Assembly: GCA_947625765.1 (NCBI GenBank)
Contig: CANQPP010000005.1
Location: 10,656-74,655, forward strand
Origin: an uncultured Clostridia bacterium
GTDB lineage: Bacteria; Bacillota; Clostridia; Christensenellales; UBA1750
Reading direction: 5' to 3'
Length of the DNA: 64,000 nt
The position numbers and the translations under genes are program-made. The notes below the pieces were generated by a model that did no database searches, had not been told where the DNA came from, and worked only from the letters and a program-made list of their open reading frames with translations. Positions 17,143 through 24,862 of this stretch are shown in pieces. Each line of letters begins with the position of its first letter. The first letter of the stretch is position 1.

Positions 17143-18630
17143 TTATGCGTGTTTTTCCCTTGCGCGGGAGAGAGCGTCCGCGAAGGCGGCCCGGATCTCC
17201 TCCTCGGTGGGCGGGCAGCCGGGCAGGAACACCATGGTCTTGTCGAAGTCCACGTCGGAGATCTTGTGTCCCCTGCGGGCGTGGTTGCGGCAGTATCCCT
17301 TCTGGCAGTCGCCGATGGCAAGCAGCAGGTCGTCCACGGCAGCCTTGTTTCTCTCCCCGCGGAAAACGGTGCGGTTGGCGGCCAGCACGCGCAGGTCCTG
17401 CAGCTCCTCGTCCGTGCAGCTCTCCAGGTACTTCTCCACCGCGTCCATGCACTTTGTGCAGACCACGTCGAACTCGGACATGGCCTTCATGTAGGCCCCC
17501 GCGTCCACGGGGCAGCCGGGGATCCAGTGGCCCAGAGAGCGGTACTCCTCGCGGATGCAGTCGCCCAGCAGCAGCGTGCGGGGGTTGATGGGATCGGGCA
17601 TCTTCCACTCGCCGGGGCCGTAGACCACGTCCACGGGCTCCAACAGGGAGGCCGGCGTGGCGGAGAAGCGGCTCATCGCGCCTTCAGCGGTGGCGCGGCA
17701 CTTGGAGCAGGAGCGCAGGTCGCACAGCGTCACCTTGCCGCCCGTGGCGCCCATGATCTCCTCTGCCGGGGTCATGAAGTGCACCTTCGCCTCCTCGATG
17801 GAAAGGCCGTGCAGGCGGATGTAGTCCAGGTCGTTGTTGCCCACGCCGTCCATGGCGGCCCACTGGATGTGGCGCACGCAGGGGTTCTGGTCCATGACGC
17901 GGGCGCTGACGGCGTCCACGGCCACGGGGTCGTTGCCCACCAGGATCACGTTGGCGGCGATGGGCTTTTCAAAATTGGTGCCGCCCGCGATGCCCTCCGC
18001 GCCCAGCCGCCCGTCCGCAAAGACCAGGTCGGCGCAGCGGGCCTTGGCGATGTCCACCAGGACCTCCTCCACCACGCCCTCCCTGTGAGCGTTCAGCTTG
18101 TCGTCGTCCGGCACCAGGCCGAAGCTGTTCTTGATGCTCACGGTGATGCCCACGCTCACGTGGTTCTTGAGCACGGGTAGAGAGATGAACACGTCCGCCT
18201 CCATCAGGGACTTGGGCAGGTGCACCACGTCGCGGTAGCGGGGGTTCTCGATGTGCACGTCCACAAACTCAGCCTTGTCCAGGTCCAGCACCTCTACGTT
18301 TTGGCGCTTTCCCATCTCGATGTAGCCGCAGTTGGTCAGGCTCTCGATGGAGCGGGACTCGTTGCCGGAGCACTCGCCCACCAGGATGCGGCCGGGCTTG
18401 GCCTCCTTGACCAGCTCCACCACGGCCTCGGCGAAGTACACGTCCGTGGTGCCGCCCGTGGAGGCGGGCATGCCCGCGGTCAGGTTGGGCTTGATGAACA
18501 CGGTGTCGCCGGGCTTTACGTATTTGGAAATACCGCCCATGGCGTCCACGCCCCGGCGCAGCGTATCCAGCAGGCTCTCGCCGGGTCTGAGCAGGCACAC
18601 GTCGCTGTAAGGATGCTTGCAGGTCTTCAT
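17143..18630 (-). CDS. DUF362 domain protein with a Cys-rich C-terminal extension
   Basis: N-terminal KPGDTVFIKPNLTAG...VGECSG...LKNHVSVGITVSIKN is DUF362-like. The C-terminal ~170 aa carries multiple Cys pairs (CSKC, CTKC, GDCQKGYC, PGCP). Start at MKTCK (18630). Confidence 0.6.
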   Translation of the reverse strand: MKTCKHPYSDVCLLRPGESLLDTLRRGVDAMGGISKYVKPGDTVFIKPNLTAGMPASTGGTTDVYFAEAVVELVKEAKPGRILVGECSGNESRSIESLTNCGYIEMGKRQNVEVLDLDKAEFVDVHIENPRYRDVVHLPKSLMEADVFISLPVLKNHVSVGITVSIKNSFGLVPDDDKLNAHREGVVEEVLVDIAKARCADLVFADGRLGAEGIAGGTNFEKPIAANVILVGNDPVAVDAVSARVMDQNPCVRHIQWAAMDGVGNNDLDYIRLHGLSIEEAKVHFMTPAEEIMGATGGKVTLCDLRSCSKCRATAEGAMSRFSATPASLLEPVDVVYGPGEWKMPDPINPRTLLLGDCIREEYRSLGHWIPGCPVDAGAYMKAMSEFDVVCTKCMDAVEKYLESCTDEELQDLRVLAANRTVFRGERNKAAVDDLLLAIGDCQKGYCRNHARRGHKISDVDFDKTMVFLPGCPPTEEEIRAAFADALSRAREKHA

Positions 18631-18911
18631 TTCTTTCTCTTCCCCCATTTTTTGTTCTGCGTTAAGGTCTGTTCTGGCTCTTTCTGTACTGTGCGGTGGT
18701 CGCTTCGCCGCACATCCCATTTAGCATAGCAGAATCCGCGCCGTTTCGCAACGCATTTTAAATAGACAGCTTCCCCAAAAATCCCCCGCCCTTTCCCCGC
18801 AGTTTCCTGTATACAACGAGCGGTGCTTTATGTTAAAATATTGAAAGGGCCTCTTTCGCCTGCTCGGACGAAAAAGGGCCCGACAAATAACGCTCAAGGG
18901 GGCTTTTGACC

Positions 18912-19781
18912 ATGACCGAGTTCGTAACGCTCAAGAAGGGGGACCTGGAGATCCACGTCCTCACGCCGCACAGTCCCGTTTACAACCGCGCCCGCTTCAA
19001 CCACGCGGGCTTCATCCCCTATGTGAGCTACAAGGGCGTCTGCTTCGCCGAGCCCGAGCAGCGCGACCCCGAGCGCGTCACCAGCGCCGGCGCGGGCCTT
19101 TGCAGCCAGTACTTCTTCACCGGCGCCGAGGAGGAGGCCCGCGAGGGCGACGACTTCCTGCGCCTTGGCATCGGCGTTATGAAGCGCGAGAAGGAGCTCA
19201 TCCACTTCATGCGCAACGCGCCCTTCACCCCGCTGGATATGCTCATGGACGCCGGCGAGGACAGCGCCCGCTTCCAGGTCTCCAGCCCGAAGGTGGGCGG
19301 CTACGCCTACGACGAGAACCGGCTGGTGGAGCTGAACGAGAACAGCATCACCATCTCCGTGGCCTTCACCAACACAGGCGATAAGCCCATCTCCACCACC
19401 GAGTACAACCACAACTTCGTCTCCCTGGGCGGCCTGCCCATCGGCCCCGCTTACACTTTGGAGCTGCCCTTCTGCAGGGACGTGGACCGCATGAAGCCGG
19501 ACTGCGGCCTCATCCAGAAGAGCCAGGGCGTCAGCTGGGCCGCCGCGCCGGAGCACGCCTTCTACTGCGAGTTCCACGACATCGCCCCCGCCGCGCCCTA
19601 TGCCTGGAAGCTGACGCATGCCGAGTCCTCCGCCTCTATCATCGAGTACGTGGACTTCGTGCCCGAGCACGTGACCGTCTGGGGCGTGGAGCACTGCGCC
19701 TGCGCCGAGGTGTTCGCGCCGTTCAGCGTGCAGCCCGGCCAGACCGCCCGCTGGAGCCGCAGGTGGGTCTTTGAGGCCTAA
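18912..19781 (+). CDS. Hypothetical protein (~289 aa), family not recognised
   Basis: The codon usage and GC3 look coding. The ATG at 18912 has GGGGG upstream. Possibly a sugar-epimerase-like beta-sandwich, which is a weak impression only. Confidence 0.5.
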   Translation: MTEFVTLKKGDLEIHVLTPHSPVYNRARFNHAGFIPYVSYKGVCFAEPEQRDPERVTSAGAGLCSQYFFTGAEEEAREGDDFLRLGIGVMKREKELIHFMRNAPFTPLDMLMDAGEDSARFQVSSPKVGGYAYDENRLVELNENSITISVAFTNTGDKPISTTEYNHNFVSLGGLPIGPAYTLELPFCRDVDRMKPDCGLIQKSQGVSWAAAPEHAFYCEFHDIAPAAPYAWKLTHAESSASIIEYVDFVPEHVTVWGVEHCACAEVFAPFSVQPGQTARWSRRWVFEA

Positions 19782-19806
19782 AGCGCCGCACACAGGAGGA
19801 AACCAC

Positions 19807-20139
19807 ATGGAAGTCTACACCTTCGACCCCAAGAAGGCCGAACCCGCCCACGAGGGCACCATACTCGCCGCGCCCGTGATCGAGGGCAGCCTACGCCCGC
19901 CCTTCCAGCACGCCTGGGGCTATCTGGATAAAAAGACCGCCATGGACAAGCACGCACACGCCCACGAGGAGGTCTACTTCGTGTTCAAGGGCGAGGGCTT
20001 TGCCGTGGTGGGCGACGAAAGATGCCCCGTGAAGGCGGGCGACGTGATCAACATCCCCTCGAACGTCCCCCACACCATGGAGAACGCCAAGGACGAGCCC
20101 TTCCTCTGGGCCGCCCTGTGGTGGGACCGGGAGGAATAA
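19807..20139 (+). CDS. Cupin domain protein
   Basis: HAHAHEEVYFVFKGEG...AGDVINIPSNVPHTMEN matches cupin motifs 1 and 2. AGGAGGA RBS. Confidence 0.7.
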   Translation: MEVYTFDPKKAEPAHEGTILAAPVIEGSLRPPFQHAWGYLDKKTAMDKHAHAHEEVYFVFKGEGFAVVGDERCPVKAGDVINIPSNVPHTMENAKDEPFLWAALWWDREE

Positions 20140-20226
20140 AGTCCTCTCCCCTGCTTAGGACCTATGCCCCGTCAGACGGGGCTGCTCAACGACGAACATA
20201 TACATAAAAAGGAGTTGTGTTTTTCC

Positions 20227-21189
20227 ATGCCCATGTTGGATATGCCCCTGGAGGAGCTGCGCGCCTACAAAGGCATCAGCCCCATGCCCGCCGACTTCGA
20301 CGCCTACTGGGACCGCGCCTTAAAGGAGCTGGACGAGACGGACCTGAACGTGGAGTACGTCCCCTCCGCCTTCGTCAGCGCCCTGGCGGACTGCTATGAC
20401 CTGTACTTTACCGGCGTGGGCGGCTCCCGCATCCACGCCAAGTTCCTAAAGCCCAAGAACCTGCAGGGCAAGGCCCCGGCCATCCTGCAGTTCCACGGCT
20501 ATTCCAGCAACAGCGGCGACTGGGTGGACAAGCTGTCCTACGTTTCCGAGGGCTTCGTGGTGGCCGCTCTGGACTGCCGCGGCCAGGGCGGCACTTCCGA
20601 GGACCTGGCCAGCGTCAAGGGCACCACGCAGAACGGCATGATCGTGAGGGGCTTGAGCGACCCCGACCCCGACAAGCTGCACTTCCGCAACGTGTTTTTG
20701 GATACCGCGGCCATCGCCCGCATCGTCATGGACCTGCCCTATGTGGATGAAACGCGCGTGGGCGCCATGGGCGGCTCCCAGGGCGGCGCGCTGACGCTGG
20801 CCTGCATCGGGCTGGAGCCCCGCATCAACCGCGCGGCCCCGGTGTATCCTTTCCTGAGCGACTACCGCCGCGTGTGGGAGATGGATATGGCCGAGCGCGC
20901 CTATGCCGAGCTCAAGACCTACTTCCGCTACTTCGACCCCCGCCACGAGCGCGAGGAGGCCATCTTCGAGAAGCTGGGCTACATCGACGTGGCCAACCTC
21001 ATGCACCGCGTCAAGTCCAAGGTGATGATGGCCACGGGCCTGATGGACAACGTCTGCCCGCCCTCCACCCAGTTCGCGGCCTTCAACCGCATCCCCACGC
21101 AGAAGGAGCACGTGCTCTATCCCGACTTCGGCCACGAGCACCTGCCCGACTTCGACGACATGACCTTCCAGTATATGCGCAAAATGTGA
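20227..21189 (+). CDS. Acetylxylan esterase / cephalosporin-C deacetylase (CE7)
   Basis: ILQFHGYSSNSGDW...LDCRGQGG...GGSQGG...DFGHE catalytic-triad context is typical of CE7. Confidence 0.8.
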   Translation: MPMLDMPLEELRAYKGISPMPADFDAYWDRALKELDETDLNVEYVPSAFVSALADCYDLYFTGVGGSRIHAKFLKPKNLQGKAPAILQFHGYSSNSGDWVDKLSYVSEGFVVAALDCRGQGGTSEDLASVKGTTQNGMIVRGLSDPDPDKLHFRNVFLDTAAIARIVMDLPYVDETRVGAMGGSQGGALTLACIGLEPRINRAAPVYPFLSDYRRVWEMDMAERAYAELKTYFRYFDPRHEREEAIFEKLGYIDVANLMHRVKSKVMMATGLMDNVCPPSTQFAAFNRIPTQKEHVLYPDFGHEHLPDFDDMTFQYMRKM

Positions 21190-21226
21190 TCTTCCCTTAA
21201 ATCACCGTTTGGAAGGAGTGTTTCCC

Positions 21227-22216
21227 ATGCCCCTTGCGACCACCTACGTTCCCAGCGACAAGCGCTATGATTCCATGGTCTACAACCGCTGCGGCCGCTC
21301 CGGCGTCAAGCTCCCGGCCATCTCCTTGGGCCTGTGGCACAACTTCGGCGGCGTGGACAGCTTCGAGAACTCCCGCGCCATGGTGCGCACGGCCTTCGAC
21401 CTGGGCATCACCCACTTCGACCTGGCCAACAACTACGGCCCGCCCTACGGCAGCGCCGAGGAGACCTTCGGCCAGATCCTGAGGAAGGACTTCCACGGCC
21501 TGCGCGACGAGCTGTTCATCTCCAGCAAGGCCGGCTACGACATGTGGCCCGGCCCCTACGGCAACTTCGGCAGCAAGAAGTACCTGGTCGCCAGCCTGGA
21601 CCAGAGCCTGAAGCGCATGGGCCTTGACTACGTGGACCTGTTCTACTCTCACCGGCCCGACCCGGAAACGCCCATCGAGGAGACGATGGAGGCGCTGGAC
21701 TACATACTGCGCAGCGGGCGCGCCCTGTACGTGGGCATCAGCTCCTACTCGGCGGACCAGACACGCGCGGCGGTCAAGGCTCTGGGGGAGCGCGGCTCCC
21801 GGCTGCTCATCCACCAGCCCAACTACTCCATGTTCAGCCGCTGGATCGAGACGGACCTGCAGGACGTGCTGGAGAAGAACGGCATGGGCACCATCGCCTT
21901 CTGCCCCCTGGCGCAGGGCCTGCTGACCAGCCGCTATCTAAACGGCGTGGCCGCGGACTCCCGCGCGGCGAAAAACGGCATGAGCATCGACGAGGGCAAG
22001 CTGCAGAAGGTGCGCGCACTGAACGAGCTGGCCCTAAAGCGCGGGGAAACGCTGGCGCAGATGGCCCTGCAGTGGGTGCTGCGCGGCGGCCGGGTGACCT
22101 CGGCCCTGATCGGCGCCAGCCGCCCCAGCCAGATCGTGGAGAACGTGCAGGCCCTGTCCTTCCCCGAGCTGACCGCGGAGGAACTCGCCGCCATCGACGC
22201 CATCCTGGGCGCGTGA
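21227..22216 (+). CDS. Aldo/keto reductase (YghZ/Tas-like)
   Basis: LPAISLGLWHNFG...HFDLANNYGPPYGSAEE...FYSHRPD. GAAGGAG RBS. Confidence 0.85.
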   Translation: MPLATTYVPSDKRYDSMVYNRCGRSGVKLPAISLGLWHNFGGVDSFENSRAMVRTAFDLGITHFDLANNYGPPYGSAEETFGQILRKDFHGLRDELFISSKAGYDMWPGPYGNFGSKKYLVASLDQSLKRMGLDYVDLFYSHRPDPETPIEETMEALDYILRSGRALYVGISSYSADQTRAAVKALGERGSRLLIHQPNYSMFSRWIETDLQDVLEKNGMGTIAFCPLAQGLLTSRYLNGVAADSRAAKNGMSIDEGKLQKVRALNELALKRGETLAQMALQWVLRGGRVTSALIGASRPSQIVENVQALSFPELTAEELAAIDAILGA

Positions 22217-22247
22217 GCGCCGCCCCTCTTTACCAACAACAGAAAAA

Positions 22248-22280
22248 GCGTCCGGAAGTCCGACCTTCCGGGCGCTTTTG
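22248..22280 (+). terminator. Intrinsic terminator (A-tract upstream, so potentially bidirectional)
   Basis: GCGTCCGGAAG-tccgac-CTTCCGGGCGC followed by TTTTG. Confidence 0.8.
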
Positions 22281-22301
22281 CGTCCCTGATTATAAAAGAA
22301 A

Positions 22302-22446
22302 GCGCGTTCCCTTTCTCTGGAAAATCCACTGAAAGCCTTCCGCGTTGGCCCACGGAGACGGCTTTCCCTTCGCCGAAAAATCCCACGAAAGATGTTTCCG
22401 GGTTTTCAATAGAAAATTCCTTTGAAGCCCTCCCCGTTTTCCCATA
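22302..22446. repeat. Copy 1 of a ~150-nt intergenic repeat built from TTTCC/GGAAA hairpin units
   Basis: Aligns by eye with 22511-22671 (gcgttccctttctctggaaaa..gaaagccttccgc..cccacggagacggctttcccttcgc..gtttccgg.ttttcaatagaaaat.cc..cccgttttccccata). Confidence 0.7.
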
Positions 22447-22510
22447 GACACTCTCCGAAATGGCCTTCCTTCATCGCGGGGGGCTTACGAAAACCCCATG
22501 GCTTAATCGC

Positions 22511-22671
22511 GCCGCGTTCCCTTTCTCTGGAAAAGCCGACGAAAGCCTTCCGCATTTCCGGCGGACGGCCCACGGAGACGGCTTTCCCTTCGCTGGAAAA
22601 CCCCACAAAACAAAAGGCGTTTCCGGTTTTTCAATAGAAAATCCCTTGAGAGCGCTCCCGTTTTCCCCATA
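22511..22671. repeat. Copy 2 of the ~150-nt intergenic repeat
   Basis: Same as copy 1. Copy 2 has a larger loop (catttccggcggacgg) between the conserved arms GAAAGCCTTCCG / CGGAGACGGCTTTC. Confidence 0.7.
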
Positions 22672-22727
22672 AGGAGACCCCCGGCGTCGGTCTCCCTCCG
22701 CCGGGGGCTTGCAGTTCAAACGCGGGT

Positions 22728-24707
22728 TCAGTCGAGCGTATCCAGGCAGAGCTCCAGGTCCGCGCCCTCGCGGAACAGAGCCAGCACCTCCGGGCACAGC
22801 TCGATGCGCACTTCTTTCGCCTGGCCCGCGGGCACGAACACCTTCTCGAACCCGGCCAGCCTGCCGTTGACGCCCGCCTCCTGGCCGTCGCGCAGGAAGG
22901 CCAGCACCGAGCGCCAGGCGTCCATGGAGCCGGTGTTGCGCACGGTCAGGCGCACTTCCGTCTCCGTCCGCGTGACATTTTCATAGGCGAAGTTCGTGTA
23001 GGACAGGCCGTAGCCGAAGGGGTACAGCGGCTTTTCGTGCATGTAGCGGTAGGTCCTGCCGTCCATGTTGTAGTCGGTGAACTCGCCCAGCTGCTCGTCG
23101 CCCTTGTAGAAGGTGATCGGCAGGCGGCCGGAGGGCGACACCGCGCCGTACAGCACGTCGGCCAGGGCGTTGCCGCCCTCCGCGCCGGGGTAGAACAACT
23201 GCACCACCGCGCGGCAGTCGTCCACGAAGGGGCGCAGGTCCACGCTGCTGCCGGTCACGTTCACCAGCACGATGGGGGTCTTGAGCTCCTTCAGGGCCTC
23301 GAACAGCTTGAGCTGGCTCTTGGGCAGGCAGAGCGTGCTCTTGTCGCCGCTCATGTCCCCGTTGTAGGCGTCTTCTTCCTCCCCTTCCATGGAGGGGTTG
23401 AGCCCTAGACACAGCACCACCACGTCGCTGTGCTGGGCGGCGATGATCGCCTCGTTGAGCGGGTGCTCCTCCCAGTCGCCCACGCCGTCCTTGAAGATGT
23501 GGCAGCCGCGGGCGTAGAGCACCTTCCCCTGCGCCGCGTCCTGTATGCCGCGCAGGATGGTGTAGTCGCGGCTGGGCGTGCCGTTGTAGTTGCCCAGCAG
23601 CACCGAGTGGTCGTCCGCGTTGGGGCCGATGACCGCGACGTTCATCTCCTTCTTCAGGGGCAGGATGCCGTCGTTCTTGAGCAGCACGATGGACTCCTGG
23701 GCCATGCGGCGGCTCAGGCTCAGGTGCTCGTCGCACTCCACCACGTCGTAGGGGATGGAATCGTAGGGGCAGTCCTCGTCGAACATGCCCAGCTTGAAGC
23801 GGGACTCGAACAGCTTCTCCACCGCGTGGGTGATGGTCTCCTCGTCGATGAGGCCCGCGTCCACGGCGGCCAGCAGCGCGGCGTAGGCGCTGCCGCAGTT
23901 GAGCGCGCAGCCCTTCCTGACCGCCAGCGCGGAGCTCTCGGCCTGGGTCTCGGTCACGTGGTGGTGGGCGTTGATGTCGTTGATCGCGCCGCAGTCGGAG
24001 ACCACGTAGCCATCAAAGCCCCACTCGCCGTAGAGTATGTCCTGCAGAAGCTGCTGGGATGCGCAGGCGGGCTCGCCGTTGACGCGGTTGTAGGCGCCCA
24101 TGACGGCGGCGGGCTTGGCGTGGTCCACGCAGTATTTGAAGGCCCAGAGGTACGTCTCACGCAGGTCGCGCTCCGTGGGGCGCGCGTCGAAGCTGTGGCG
24201 CAGGCCCTCGGGGCCGGAGTGCACCGCGAAGTGCTTGAGCGTGGCGTCCACCTTGCGGTACCTGGGGTCATCGCCCTGCATGCCCTTGACGAAGGCCGTG
24301 CCCATGCGGCCGGTGAGGTAGGGATCCTCGCCGTAGGTCTCGTGTCCCCTGCCCCACCTGGGGTCGCGGAAGATGTTGATGTTGGGCGACCAGAAGGTCA
24401 GGCCCTGGTAGATCTTCGTCTCGCCGAAGCGCTTATACTGGTTGTACTTGGCGCGCGCCTCGTCGGAGATGGCCGTGGCCACCTTATGGAGCAGCGGCGC
24501 GTTGAAGCTGGCCGCCATGCCGATGGCCTGGGGGAACACCGTGGCCGCGCCCGCGCGGGCCACGCCGTGCAGCGCCTCGTTCCACCAGTTGTAGGCGGGC
24601 ACGCCCAGCCGCTCAATGGCGGGGGCGTTGTAGCGCATCTGCGAGCATTTCTCGGCCAGCGTCATCCGGCCGACCAGTTCCTTGGCGCGTTGCAGGGCAG
24701 TTTCCAT
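22728..24707 (-). CDS. Glycoside hydrolase family 3 beta-glucosidase/beta-xylosidase
   Basis: NWWNEALHGV, KHFAVHSGPE and VVSDCGAI motifs plus a fibronectin-like C-terminus. Start at METALQ (24707) after AGGAGG. Confidence 0.9.
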   Translation of the reverse strand: METALQRAKELVGRMTLAEKCSQMRYNAPAIERLGVPAYNWWNEALHGVARAGAATVFPQAIGMAASFNAPLLHKVATAISDEARAKYNQYKRFGETKIYQGLTFWSPNINIFRDPRWGRGHETYGEDPYLTGRMGTAFVKGMQGDDPRYRKVDATLKHFAVHSGPEGLRHSFDARPTERDLRETYLWAFKYCVDHAKPAAVMGAYNRVNGEPACASQQLLQDILYGEWGFDGYVVSDCGAINDINAHHHVTETQAESSALAVRKGCALNCGSAYAALLAAVDAGLIDEETITHAVEKLFESRFKLGMFDEDCPYDSIPYDVVECDEHLSLSRRMAQESIVLLKNDGILPLKKEMNVAVIGPNADDHSVLLGNYNGTPSRDYTILRGIQDAAQGKVLYARGCHIFKDGVGDWEEHPLNEAIIAAQHSDVVVLCLGLNPSMEGEEEDAYNGDMSGDKSTLCLPKSQLKLFEALKELKTPIVLVNVTGSSVDLRPFVDDCRAVVQLFYPGAEGGNALADVLYGAVSPSGRLPITFYKGDEQLGEFTDYNMDGRTYRYMHEKPLYPFGYGLSYTNFAYENVTRTETEVRLTVRNTGSMDAWRSVLAFLRDGQEAGVNGRLAGFEKVFVPAGQAKEVRIELCPEVLALFREGADLELCLDTLD

Positions 24708-24775
24708 GGTACGGTCTCCTCCTGTCTTACGTAGGCGTTCGGGTCCCACGCCTTTTCTTTCCCTTATATTACCAT

Positions 24776-24821
24776 TTCCCAAAAGAAAAAGCAACGGCTT
24801 CCCAAAAGAAAAAGCAACGGC
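24776..24821. repeat. Perfect 23-nt tandem duplication (ttcccaaaagaaaaagcaacggc x2)
   Basis: Read directly at 24776-24798 and 24799-24821. Confidence 0.9.
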
Positions 24822-24843
24822 GCGGAGAGCCTGTCTCCGCGCC
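24799..24843 (-). terminator. copA intrinsic terminator
   Basis: On the minus strand: GGCGCGGAGA-caggc-TCTCCGCGCC followed by GTTGCTTTTTCTTTTGGG. Confidence 0.7.
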
Positions 24844-24862
24844 TCTTTTGCCTCTGTTTGCC

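Noticed and set aside
22302-22671. CRISPR array
   Set aside because: There are only two long (~150 nt), imperfect copies, no short exact repeats with unique spacers of regular length, and no cas genes in the window.
22406-22797. Small ORFs inside the intergenic repeats (e.g. 22422-22637, 22460-22672, 22406-22606)
   Set aside because: Their apparent similarity (FPFSGK/FPFAGK, MGFSSEGKAVSVG) simply mirrors the DNA repeat. They have no RBS, overlap on both strands, and have odd composition.
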